DNA from: Octopus sinensis | Lineage: Eukaryota | Length of the DNA: 63,633 bases | Direction of reading: 5' to 3' | Assembly (NCBI RefSeq): GCF_006345805.1 | Contig: NW_021834600.1 | Location: forward strand, 1-63,633 | In this document: positions 13,549 through 25,910 of the stretch, piece after piece | Position numbering within the stretch: position 1 is the stretch's first letter | Layout: each line of letters begins with the position of its first letter | The notes under the pieces: model-generated | The model's database searches: none | Seen by the model: only the letters and a program-made list of their open reading frames with translations | Told to the model about the DNA's origin: nothing | Made by a program: the position numbers and the translations under genes

Positions 13549-14289
13549 ATATATATATATATACACGTATATATATATATACATGTAGAATCAGGGGCGT
13601 AGTTGTGTGTGCTTTACGCCATAGATATTTAAAAACATCGCGAGACGTGAAATAATTCGATTTCTTTTTTACTATGGTAAGAACAAAGCTTCTAAACTGG
13701 ATAAAGAAATTGAAAGGATCGCTTTCGACCAATGCTAGCACATCTGTCATGCTTCCAGACAATGTGAGTTCGAGTTGCTGGGGCAGACTATTGAAGTGTT
13801 TTATTTGTAACCCAATCTTTACATGCTATTATTGGTAACTTCATCTACTTCGAGTTCCACACCGATTCCCTCAGACAGCACTCCTGCAAAAACAGACTAA
13901 CAAGGGGGAAGTAGAAGTTTCCGTTAAAGGGAGCCGTTCCTTACAAAATGACATTCCAAAGATAATTTATTAGACGAGGGGCATAGAAGATTGAAAGGGA
14001 TGGCATTACCTTAATTCCTTCATTACGATCGTCACACACACACACACAGATACACACACAGACACAGACACACACACACACAAACAGACACACACAAACA
14101 GACACACACAAACAGACACACACAAACAGACACACACACACAGACACACACACACACACAAACACACAAACACACACAACACACACACACATATATGCTT
14201 GGATGCTTGTGTATATATTTATACACTCACATACATACACTCGCATGCAAACATACAGACGTACATATAATTGAACTTTAGGTTGGATA

Positions 14290-14460
14290 AAGTATGTTTT
14301 GTGGTATATTGTAACTTCCAAAAGCAAATTCACTGCACTTACCGTAGAGAAGAAACTCTTGCTTATGGTAAAATATCATATAAAATCACCTTATCTGCTC
14401 AGTGCTTCCTTGCGGAGTCCTAGATGCATTTCTACCTTGTTAGCCCTCCTCAGTAGGAAA
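14290..14460 (-). mobile_element. Short HHR-bearing element (PLE pseudo-LTR-like), minus copy
   Basis: Reverse complement aligns with 14745-14975 (TTTTACCAT.AGC.AGA.TTTCTT, TGCAGTGAATTTGC); carries the HHR at 14418-14458. Confidence 0.65.
14418..14458 (-). ncRNA. Minimal hammerhead motif with palindromic stem III
   Basis: Minus strand TCCTA-CTGAGGA-GGGCTAACAAGGTA-GAA-ATGCAT-C-TAGGA: perfect 5-bp stem I, AUC site, weak stem II. Confidence 0.6.
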
Positions 14461-14744
14461 TACCGAAGAAAGACACTTTGTGTAGTAGAAAGGCAACTTA
14501 AGGCACATTGTAAAGCCGTAATTTTATCTTAGAAGAGACGGAATAAATACTGAAACAACATCGCTAAGCAGTAACGCGGAACAAACGAACTTTCGGTCAG
14601 TTAAAATATGTTTATGACAGGGCATGATAAACATATCGAAGCTTAGAGCTGCTATTTCGGTACTTATGCTAACCAGGCGGTCTGCAAACTGGAATCTGAT
14701 ATTTTCTATTCGATGATAGAGCTACGGCTTTAGAATCTGCCCAG

Positions 14745-14975
14745 AGTTATCCTTCTTCCTCTACCCAGGAAGGTTAAGAAGCTACAAACGCGTCAGTTAT
14801 CCTTCTTCCTCTACTGAGGAAGGATAAGAAGCTAGAAACGCAGCTGGCTACTCGCTAGAGGATGACAATGATTAGGTAAGGTATTTTCACACCTTTTACC
14901 ATGAGCGAGAATTTCTTTTCAACTGCAACTGCAGTGAATTTGCCTTTAGAAATTAAGGTACTTACAGACATATTT
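14745..14975 (+). mobile_element. Short HHR-bearing element, plus copy with 2 x 50-bp tandem HHR-like units
   Basis: Units 14745-14794 and 14795-14844 differ at 6 positions; unit 2 has CTGAGGA..GAAACGC, unit 1 has AAACGCGTC. Confidence 0.6.
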
Positions 14976-15521
14976 TAACAAACGTATAGTTCGTTGGTGT
15001 CTCATCACTGCCTAGCACTGTTTGTCTCTGTACTTTTTCACGTTCTGGAAGCAACTGAAACCGAATGAAAGATACACAGCAATGCCAAATGGATTACTAA
15101 CAACAACTAAACGGCAATCCTTAGTCTCAAACGGATAGTCTTTTAAATATCTCTATTTGCATATCAATGGTGTCTTGTGAGTTGTTTGTTGACTGGAATT
15201 ACTTGCAAAGGTTCTGAGTAAGAACAATCACACGTATTGCTGCGTATCTCCGTCTGCAAGCGTACACTTTTATTTTGAGTACGTATGTACATATACATAT
15301 AAAAATATGTACGCATGCACATACACATGCAGATAGAAAGACAGACACAGACACACACATACAAACCTATACCTATGTGTTTGTGTGTGTGTGAGTGTGT
15401 GTCCGAGTCTAACTTACGTGCTTAATTTAATAGAACTTTCTAGAAAATACCTTATTAAGCACGTTAATTTGCTTGAGGTAACCGAAGTTAAAAATAAAGA
15501 AGGACTATACACTGTTTTGTA

Positions 15522-15585
<64 letters not shown>

Positions 15586-15594
15586 ATTCTTTTA

Positions 15595-15678
15595 CTTCCG
15601 TCACATGTTTCGAAGATATCACGGGTATTATTCCAAAGGAATAAAATGTTAAACAATGTAATCTTCTCTTCAGGGAAA
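15595..15678 (-). ncRNA. Type I hammerhead motif with one core change (GUC to GAC)
   Basis: Minus strand TTTCC-CTGAAGA-GAAGAT...ATCTTC-GAA-ACATGTGA-C-GGAAG; 6-bp stem II, internal hairpin TATTCC/GGAATA. Confidence 0.6.
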
Positions 15679-15957
15679 TGAAGAAATGAAACTCGTCAAT
15701 AAGATATTTTAACAGAATATGATGGATATGTATAGTGATTAACTGAACGCTATTAAGATTGTTTCAAAAAACGTTATAGGATATAACGTCAGAAAGAGGA
15801 GGGATAAAAGAGGGATATAGAAAGAGGAGGGATAAAAGAGAGAATAACTAAATAAATGGGATGTATATAACGATATGTATATTAAATAAAACCATATAGA
15901 CTTGGAAAAAGATATATCTAGTGAATGTGAAATGTAAGAAGAAAATTAATATTTAAA

Positions 15958-16506
15958 TTATATATAATGATAGATATCATATGAACTAAAAGTATATTTC
16001 TGCCAATGTTTACATCGGTATTCACGCTCTATAACCGTGTTTATTTTTAGGGGATTTTTAGAAAAAAGAATAAAAAATAGTTCAGAATTACAGAGAAGAC
16101 AGAATTCCTTGCCTTTCTCATAAGGTATTGAGATTGAGAGAATCAACCAATCTAAATTAAATTGTTTATTGTGGTCTATTAGATCCCAAATTAATTTACT
16201 AAGCCCTGTACTGTTACGTTTATTTCTATTCCTAAATTTAGAGTAATGATTAGAAATTCTTTTAGATAACTGAGAATTCGTGCTTCCTATATAAAAATAT
16301 ACTTCACTAGCAGTAGTAATTTTACACTGGTATATAGAATTTTTAATTTTAGAGTTACTTGACATAAACTTGATTCTGTTGTAACTGACTTCAGATAAAA
16401 TAACCTTGTTATTAATATTTCTAGAGGGATGGATGGTATTAGCTAAATTAATGTTAGTATTAGTAAATATATCAATACTTAACAGCTTGATATTATGTGA
16501 AGACGC
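15958..16506 (-). CDS. GIY-YIG endonuclease domain of PLE type (stop-free frame of 182 codons; first Met at 16365 gives 135 aa)
   Basis: SIY..YIG, KRxxxH, CLLCxxE, KIN and terminal CKH motifs. My upstream translation gives SSHNIKLL, resembling the PLE RT-EN linker. Confidence 0.8.
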   Translation of the reverse strand, partial: ASSHNIKLLSIDIFTNTNINLANTIHPSRNINNKVILSEVSYNRIKFMSSNSKIKNSIYQCKITTASEVYFYIGSTNSQLSKRISNHYSKFRNRNKRNSTGLSKLIWDLIDHNKQFNLDWLILSISIPYEKGKEFCLLCNSELFFILFSKNPLKINTVIEREYRCKHWQKYTFSSYDIYHYI

Positions 16507-16777
16507 TTACTTCACTGTTTTCGTCGTGTAACTTGGGTCGTTTCTCTTTCCTGTGGGACTTCTGGCAAATTCTTGCCCAAGGTGCCAAGCTATGAGACTG
16601 AAACTAGAGCTACGAGGTTAGGAAGTAAGCTTTTTATCGCACAGCCACACCTGTGCCAATGAAAGAATAATAATACGTAGATAAATAGAATAATAATATT
16701 GACACATGGTTCCGGATTCAGTCCCACTGCGTGACACCTTGGGTAAGAGTCTTCTACTAAAGCCTCAGGCTGACCAG

Positions 16778-16808
<31 letters not shown>

Positions 16809-17333
16809 TATATATATATATATAGTGTAATTAATAAAATATATGCATACATACAAACATATATGTACGTACCGACATCTACATGTATATATACATGCAT
16901 ATATAAATATATATATACGTACAGGACACCACAAGAAGACGTAAAAATCAACAGAAACGAAAACGGAAAAGCCATTTGTTACAACAGGACAGAGACGTGG
17001 AACAAGACGAAACGAAAACGGGAAAAACAAATATGTGCAGCAGAAAAACGAAGTACAGGACATGCTGCACAAGGAAAAATACCCTTCATCAGCTGTCGCT
17101 AGCAGACACGTGTTTCGATATATATACATATAAGACTGTATCGAACACACATACACAAAGTATGTGTACTGCCAGGTCGTGGGCAGGCTGCAATTTTTAG
17201 TTATGAAAGAAAATTTTCTCGTCAATAGTCTGATGTAAAAACACCTAGAAGTCGTAGACCAGCAAGATAACTCACGCTAGGTTCCGTTGCAGGAGCAGTA
17301 GATATTAATGCTTAATCATCTTTGTAACTTATC

Positions 17334-17560
17334 AATACCTATTTCTTTACTACCCTCATGGGGCTAAACACAGAGGGGACAAACAAGGGCAGACAAACGA
17401 TTATATCGACCCAGTGCGTACCTGGTACTTAATTTATCGACCTCGAAAGGATGAAAGGCAAAGTCGACCTCGCCGGAATTTGAACTCAGAACGTAACGGC
17501 AGACGAAATACCGCTAAGCATTTCATCCGGCGTGCTAACGATTCTACCAGCTCGCCGCCC
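17334..17560 (-). mobile_element. SINE family M, monomer
   Basis: Reverse complement has GGCGAGCTGG head, GAGTTCAAATTCC B box, GCCTTTCATCCTTTCG central block (MetaSINE-like from memory) and ends AAATAGGTATT. Confidence 0.92.
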
Positions 17561-18647
17561 TCAAACTTATCAATACCACGAACCGAAAACGAAGCCAGAC
17601 GTAAGCTAAATCGCTCGCTACGGCTATATGCAAAATGGTGTAAGACCCAAGTGCTGGTATGACCCCAGCGTTATCACAGAAAAATTCAAATATGAATATG
17701 CATATTTATGTTCCAGGGACTGCTTCTCATTCATATTTTCACCTGTCTTTCAGCGTCTCTCGAATGTCACCCCCTCTCACGCCGTTTGCTGTTTTACTCT
17801 TCTATCCCTAGCGCAGTGTTTCTTAATCTTTTCATCGTCTTACCCCCTGAGACTTTCCAGGGTATTACTATGTCCCCCATAGTAAATTTTGTAATGGTCT
17901 TGGAACGCAAAGCGCCATAGGGGTCACAGGGCAGAAGCAAAGCATATACAGTCATTATACTGCTAGCAGGTGCATTATATGACACTGCAATACAGTAATA
18001 CAGCTGTAATGTAATACCTCAAATACATGAAATAAATTACTTTCTCCCGAACCAGCCTTGACCCCACCGAGAGCCCCCAAATGGCCTTCGTTTCCCTAGG
18101 ATATATTGCGTTTTATTATATGTAAGATTATTGCTGGCATGTGTTACTCCATCTATTAAGATACAGGAATGATATTTCTGCAGAAATCACCAAAGAGCTT
18201 AACAAAGAAACCACGTGGGGATTGAGGTTCAAATTTCAAAATTTTGTTGCGGAATCTGAAGAAAATTTGGAGTTAAATATCGCAGTAAATGTTTGCGCAG
18301 ATACTTTATTTTGAGTACCTCGAAAGGATGAAATGCAAAGACCACTTGGACGAAATTTAAATTCGGAACGTAAAGAGTGGAAAAAATTTCCCAGAAGTGT
18401 TTTATTGATGTGTTAGAGGTTGTGCCGAGCTCGTTGAACTTTCTGTTTGAGATAAGTTCGAGTAAATACAGTCGTGTTTTCATCACTATACAGAAGCATA
18501 AACGCACACACACACACACAAACACTCTTGTAAAACCCCATTCATATCATGTATGAACATGCTAAAAGAAATTTGCAGCCATACATTCAGTCTAGTTCAT
18601 TTAGGATATATATACATACATATATATATATATAATATATAGATATC

Positions 18648-18716
<69 letters not shown>

Positions 18717-18754
18717 TGAGAAGTTGGTTTGTGAAAGCACGTGGTTGAATATAC

Positions 18755-18906
18755 AGAAAATAGTAAAAGGTGAAAAACTACAGAAGGCTTTTTTAAAAGG
18801 TTAAAAATATATATTGAGTCAATATGTCTTCAGACATATTGACTCAAATATATATTTTTAACCTTTTAAAACAAGCCTTCTGTAGTTTTTTCACTTTTTA
18901 CTATTT

Positions 18907-18909
<3 letters not shown>
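18755..18909. repeat. Long fold-back palindrome (75/78-bp arms, 2-nt loop)
   Basis: Arms 18755-18829 and 18832-18909 are reverse complements with about 4 differences. Confidence 0.95.
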
Positions 18910-18950
<41 letters not shown>

Positions 18951-19145
18951 ATTATATATATATCTGTGTGTGTGTGTGTGTGTGGGTGTGTGTGTGTGCG
19001 TGTGTGGGTGCGTATGTATGTATGCACGTATATATATATATAAATTGAAATAAGGGTAAAAATTGGATATTAATTTGATAAAATCAATTTAACAACAGTG
19101 GCCTAGCATATTAAAAAACTGAGGTTCAGGAAATTGTATTACGTA

Positions 19146-19237
19146 CACATGAGAGGGATGACCACTATGTGGACAACCCATAACTGATCTGCCTCTAGCG
19201 TTAAGATTATCCACAATGTGGTCATCCCTCTCATATG
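19146..19237. mobile_element. 92-bp MITE, Tc1/mariner-type (TA TSD)
   Basis: 31-bp TIRs (19146-19176, 19207-19237; 4 mismatches), TA on both sides. Confidence 0.75.
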
Positions 19238-19459
19238 TATATATATCTACAAATATATATGTATATAGGTGTGTATATATGTTTATACAAATACATGCCT
19301 ATATGAATACTTACATATGTACACATTTACATACACATATATGTGTGTATATATATATCTATACACATATGTACCTATATGTGTGTATATATATACATAT
19401 ATATATATATATGCAGATGTGTCTGATATATATACATATAACACACACACACCACACAT

Positions 19460-19504
<45 letters not shown>

Positions 19505-20131
19505 TGTATATATATGTACAATAAAACATATATAGCGTTATTTATTTTATGTATTGTTTATAATTGTTGATGTATATGATGGTGGTTCTTTGCAGTAGAT
19601 TCCATTGTGGCAATTATAGATAAGCACCACCAAACTCCTTATTATATCTTTCATCTAAGCTTATCATTGTTTCTTTATATTTTGTTCATTCTTTTTTGTC
19701 ACCAACCATATACAAAAGTACACTCACTGACAAGCATAATTAATAGACACGCAGAAGTATATATGTAAGCACATATGAATATATATATATACACACAAAC
19801 GCAAAACACACATACATATGAATATATACATACACACAAACACAACAAACACATACAAACACACTCACACACAAACATGCATACGTATGCGTATGTATAG
19901 ATATACATACACTAGATATACAAACGTATATATTCCTATATTCCTACATATGTATGTATGTATATAGATATGTATGTACATATGTGTGTATACATATTTA
20001 TGTATATATATAATATATAATATTATATATATAATGATACTATATACATATATATGTATTTGTGGTATGTATGAAGTGTATGTATATATGTATATAAATG
20101 TATATAATTAAATGGGTGTATAATACTACAT

Positions 20132-20171
<40 letters not shown>

Positions 20172-20830
20172 TTACAAACACCACACGCTTATATATACCC
20201 TATATATATGTGTTGATGTATGTATATATGTATGTATATAAGTGTATAGTCACAGACATTCCGTTGTATATCTCAGGTTAATAATTCCCGTCTTCGTAAT
20301 CACATCGAACGTAGGTGTGGGACTTCATTAATGGAAGTAACCTAATCTACTGGTGCTAAGTGACTGACGAATTATCTACGAAGAAAGTGTAATGATAGTG
20401 AAGATTGAATAATAGGATTACTTATATAGTAGATAAACATTTTAAATATTTAATTTCACAGAAAGATTTGACATGTTGGCAGCAGACCAGTTATGTCGTC
20501 TGCCTACAATGCTATAGATATAGGTTTCGCTTTCCGAGTAAGTGCATCTCCTTCGCTTTTTTTTATGTCCTTATATATATATATATAATCAAAATATATA
20601 GCAGGATGTGAAGTATTAGCGCAATACGATCGTTTCAAGCAGCTTCATTTAATTCAACAATGCAAGCATTACATCATTTTAAATATAGTGCTATCATCAG
20701 TTACAATAAATATGGATTTTCATCAGACAAGACACATTAATATAATTTTTCTCAAACATTTTGTCAGAGCTAGAGGATGAAAGAAGTTCATGCAGTCACT
20801 ATTGTAGCAAGAATAATCTAAGAGATTATT

Positions 20831-20915
20831 CAAGTGTCCCCTTACGATAGTCTCGGCCCGATCAAAGCCTTATGAGTCGATTGTGATAGACGGAAACTGA
20901 AAGAAGCCCATCGTG

Positions 20916-20966
<51 letters not shown>

Positions 20967-21158
20967 TGAGTGTGTATGTCTGTGTGTCTGTACTTGCTTC
21001 CCCAGGACCGCTTCACAACCGATGTTGGTGTGTTTACGTCCCCGTAACCCTAGTTGTTCGCTAAAAGAGACCGATAGAATAAGTACTAGTCTTACAAAAG
21101 GCAGTGCTCGAGCGTGGCCGCAGTCAAATGACCGAAACAAAGAAAAGACAAAAAGAAT
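20831..21158 (+). mobile_element. SINE family O, 5'-truncated
   Basis: GCCCGATCAAAGCCTT...GACGGAAACTGAAAGAAGCCC, internal (TA)/(TG)n and 3' half. Confidence 0.88.
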
Positions 21159-21800
21159 ATACCATATATATATTATATAATTTTATAATTTTCATTTGAA
21201 AAGGTATTTTAATATGCTGGCCACTTGAGAAACTTTTCGAAAAATTTTATCCTATATTTGAAGTATACACACACACACACACACACCACACACACACCAC
21301 ACACCATATATATATATTATATAATATATATATATATATATATATATTTGTGTTTATTTCTCTCTTACGCGTTGAGAGGCGAACAATCTGGTGTAGAATT
21401 CAGAAATACCAGTAAACTAATGGAGTTCATGACATGACTATTGTTTTTCCTCTGTCTTCGCTTTTTCACACACGCTCACACACAGACATACGTGTACATA
21501 GTCAGAGCTGTTGCAATCTCGATCGCGAGATCCTAGTTCCAATTCCTCGACCAGGCGGTGGTGATGCGTCTTTGAGGTAATCTCTCAATCTCGCATCTCT
21601 CTGTGATTCCGAAGACAATCCGAAGTGTGACACACTTGTACACCTATTCAGGTGACGTCCACATATAAGGCGCTTTGTTCAGCAAATAGACGACACTTGC
21701 TCAAGGTGACCCTTACAGGGTGACTGAACCCAGAACCATGTGTTTGGAAAGCAGTACTTCTGAACACAGAACCTCATCTACGCTTGTATATATATATATA

Positions 21801-21993
21801 ATCAGTCGCCATGATTGATCGTTAGCCACTACACAGTTTTTTCTCTCCTTGTTTTTTCTGTATCCCTTTCTGTAGAAGAACGTAGGCTCGAAACGTAAAA
21901 TACTTTTTCTATTCCTGAGCGTTATATTAATACATCTGTTTGGTTTTTTGTACACCACCTGTCTTCGTCTTTGTTTTTTTTGAAAACTCTCCC
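21801..21993 (+). mobile_element. ~190-bp (TA)n-embedded element (family A) with HHR-like core
   Basis: Homologous to 43501-43682 and 49076-49258; CTGTAGAAGAACGTAGGCTCGAAACGTAAAA. Confidence 0.7.
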
Positions 21994-22012
21994 TATATAT
22001 ATATATAATATA

Positions 22013-22065
<53 letters not shown>

Positions 22066-22404
22066 GATATATAATATAGATATACTATTATATATATATA
22101 TATACATACCATATATATCTACAAATTGTGGTGGGAATTTTGATAGGGTTTATGGGGTTTTAATGTTCGTATATTTGAGAACAAACGAAAATATTTAAAA
22201 GTAGAATATTGTGATGATTTAATTATTAAGGATAAAACTCTTTTTAGATGATGGAAGTGGATGGAAAAGAAGAGAATAAGTATATATATTGCTAATGGAG
22301 GATATAAAATATTAACTTTTTTAGAAATTGAACATAATCAAATCTTTCACTTGCTTCTTTTCTTTCGTATATGTATACATAAACACACACACACACACAT
22401 ACAC

Positions 22405-22468
<64 letters not shown>

Positions 22469-22797
22469 GGTGATACATACATACACACACACATACACAC
22501 ACAGATACACCACCATGCATACAATACCATATATAAATATACACATTCATACACAAATATATATATATGTATGTATATACACACATATATATGTGTATGT
22601 ATATACACACATATATATGTGTATGTATATACACACATATATATCTATCTACATATTTATATCTGTAACTATATATATGCGTGTGTGGGTGTGTGTAGGC
22701 GTTTTCGCGTGTGCGTGTCTTTATTAAATATTATATATTAAACACGTGTATATGCATGTGCATATGTATTTATGAATAGGTATATACGTCATATATA

Positions 22798-22863
<66 letters not shown>

Positions 22864-23107
22864 TGTGCTTGTGTAAATGGAGGAAAAGCCTCAGTAATGA
22901 TAATAGAAAATATAAGGGGTTAATTGTTAAAGATTATAATGAATTTTAGAGTAAGTTTTCAAGGGATTAATAAATAAATTAACGTAAAGCAAACAACACT
23001 TAGCAATTAACTCAGTCGCGTGAAATTATTTAATATTTTCACAATCACAACACAAAATGTCGAATCTATAAAGGAATGAAGTTACAAACGAAGGCCAAGA
23101 AATTCAC

Positions 23108-23263
23108 CAGGAGTGGCTCTGTGGTAAGTAGCTTGCTTACAAACCACATGGTTCAGGTGCAGTGGCACCTTGGGCAAGTGTCTTCTATTATAGCCTCGGG
23201 CCGACCAAAGCCTTGTGAGTGGATTTGGTAGACGGAAACTGAAAGAAGCCCGTCATATATATG

Positions 23264-23294
<31 letters not shown>

Positions 23295-23502
23295 CTGTGT
23301 GTATATGTTTGTGTCTTTGTTTGTCCCCCACCCCCAACATCACTTGCTGGCGTGTTTACGCACCCGTAACTCAGCGGTTCGGCAAAAGAGACCGATAGAA
23401 TAAGTACTAGGCTTACAAAGAATAAGTCCTCTGGTCTATTTGCTCGACTAAAGGCGGTGATCCAGCTTGGCCACAGTCGAATGACTAAAACAAGTAAAAG
23501 AG
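23108..23502 (+). mobile_element. SINE family O, near full length
   Basis: tRNA-like head GAGTGGCTCTGTGGTAAG, CORE-like CACCTTGGGCAAGTG, internal microsatellite, 3' AAACAAGTAAAAG. Confidence 0.9.
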
Positions 23503-24190
23503 TGTAATTTCCACGCTGAAAACGACGGGGCTTTGTCTCAACACTCCGTAATTTGTGTTCAGACCCTGCCGAGGGTAGCATTGTCCTTTAGTCTTTCGGA
23601 TCCGATAGAAATCTCGCAATTCAAGGCGATGATCTGATGGGGCGTTTAGAAGTTAGAGTGATATACCTTGTGGTGTTTGTTCCGGTTATTTGTGTTTTGA
23701 TAGGAATGTTTGTTGACTGCGGTGTCGAGTCGTATGGGACAAAACACGGTGGCATTTCGTTTCAATATAATTATCATTTGAATGAAAGGACCATTGGAAT
23801 AAGTACTAGACTGTAAAAAACAAAACAAAAAAAATCACAATTGCTCCAGCGTGGCCGTGACTGGGACAAGCGAAAGGAAAAAGTACATAAAATAGGTAAC
23901 ACTAAACGTGGTGATATCCTGGCTATCCAATAGAATAACTAACTTTTCCACATGGCCATCGTCCAGCCATTGGTTTCTTGGACAGAATGGTTTGTATTGA
24001 CGAAGAATATTGTGCTTTCTGAGAAAATATAATCTTTAATCATCGACTATCTTGTATACTTCTGACATTAGAGCGGAATAAGAGAGAATCAAAGCAAGGA
24101 AGTTCTAAATAATTTGATAGTAAGATATTAGACACACACACACTTGCATATACACATATGCACACATATATGTCCATATATGTATGCATG

Positions 24191-24245
<55 letters not shown>

Positions 24246-24452
24246 TATACATATCTGTATGTACATGCTTACATGTATGTACGTATGTACGTACCTATGC
24301 ATGTATGTATATACACACACATTCATGCATATATATGTGTGTGTATGTACACATATGTACATAAATATGCGTAAATAATACGTTATATATATCTATACAT
24401 GTACATACACACACATGCACACACACACACACACTCACACACACACACACAC

Positions 24453-24485
<33 letters not shown>

Positions 24486-25420
24486 TGTATGTATGTATGT
24501 ATGTGTGTATATGTAGATTTTGGTCAGAATTTGGTTCCATAAAAGCTTTATAACTGCAGAAACAGCAAAAGTTTTAATTGAAAATTACGCACACTAATTA
24601 GAAAACTTACAACGTTGCTATTAAACAATATTCTAAATTTTAATGATATATCGGTAGAGTTTTTTAATGAGTTTTTTGACACTTAATTAATTCAGTCAGT
24701 TATTCCATATTTTTTTGTTTGTTTGTGAATAGTGCCGGAGGTATCTCGAGAGAAGTGAATAGAACCAAATTGTTAGAGCTGTGCACAACCCTCCTTCTTT
24801 CTCTCTCTCCCCTCTCTCTTTTTTCTCTCCTCCTCTCTCTGTCACTTTCACTTTCTCCCCTCTCTCCCTCTCTCACTCGCTTTCAGCGCTCTTTTCATGT
24901 TTATATATATATATATATATTATACATACATGCATACATATATATATATATATTTATACACACACATACACACACATATATATATAACAGATAATCATAT
25001 GTACATTCACATATATGAAGGTACATATATATATATACATACATATATATACACACGTCTTATAATCAAATACATAGACGTGTGTGTGAATGTGTGTTTG
25101 TGTGTGTGTGCGCGTGTCTGTGTGTATATTTTTGTTTAATAATACATACGTACATACATAAAAACTCACATTAACAAAACGAGTAAACTTATGAGGTGAG
25201 GAAGAAACAAAAGATCTCTAATATATAGAGGCAGGCAAAACACGTGACTGAAAAAGCGCGGGAATATCGAGGAAAACAGCAATAATGGGAAAGTTTTACA
25301 ATAAAACTATATTCACAAATGAAAGCAACGCACAGGCACACATGCACAGACATATGCAGGTGTGTGTGTATATACATACACACAGACAGACACACACACA
25401 TACACACACACATATATGTC

Positions 25421-25701
25421 ATTTCAGTTATTTAGTCATTTACTTGTTTCAGTCAATTGATTGCGGCCATGCTGGAGCACCGCCTTTAGTGGAAGAAATC
25501 GACCACATGACTTATTCTTTGTAGGCCTATATGAGCCTAGTACTTATTCTATCGATCTTTTGCCGGACCGCTAAGTTACGTGATGTAAACACACCAACGT
25601 CGGTTGTCAAGCGATAATGGTGGTGGGGACAAGCACACACACACACACACAAATATATACATACATACATACCATACATACACACACACACACACACACA
25701 C

Positions 25702-25740
<39 letters not shown>

Positions 25741-25757
25741 TATACATATATACAACG

Positions 25758-25806
<49 letters not shown>

Positions 25807-25865
25807 ATATATGTATATATAAATTATATTATACATATATATGTATATATATATATATAATATAG

Positions 25866-25910
<45 letters not shown>

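Larger units (their letters stand above)
15581..16510 (-). mobile_element. Penelope-like element: GIY-YIG frame plus 3' HHR region, RT absent
   Basis: GIY-YIG frame followed 280 nt downstream by an HHR motif on the same strand, then (TA)n; upstream flank is an unrelated SINE remnant. Confidence 0.75.

Noticed and set aside
13573-13770. CAGGGGCGTAG terminus and a short peptide FYYGKNKASKLDKEIERIAFDQC as a DNA transposon remnant
   Set aside because: No matching second end and no recognisable catalytic motif.
17070-17125. Permuted (type II) hammerhead GAAACACGTGTC...CTGATGA on minus
   Set aside because: Stems I and II do not pair adequately; kept only as part of the cluster and fold-back observations.
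20355-20400. CTGACGA...GAAGAAA and CTAATGA (49738) as hammerheads
   Set aside because: No closing helices or no GAAA/UH in register.
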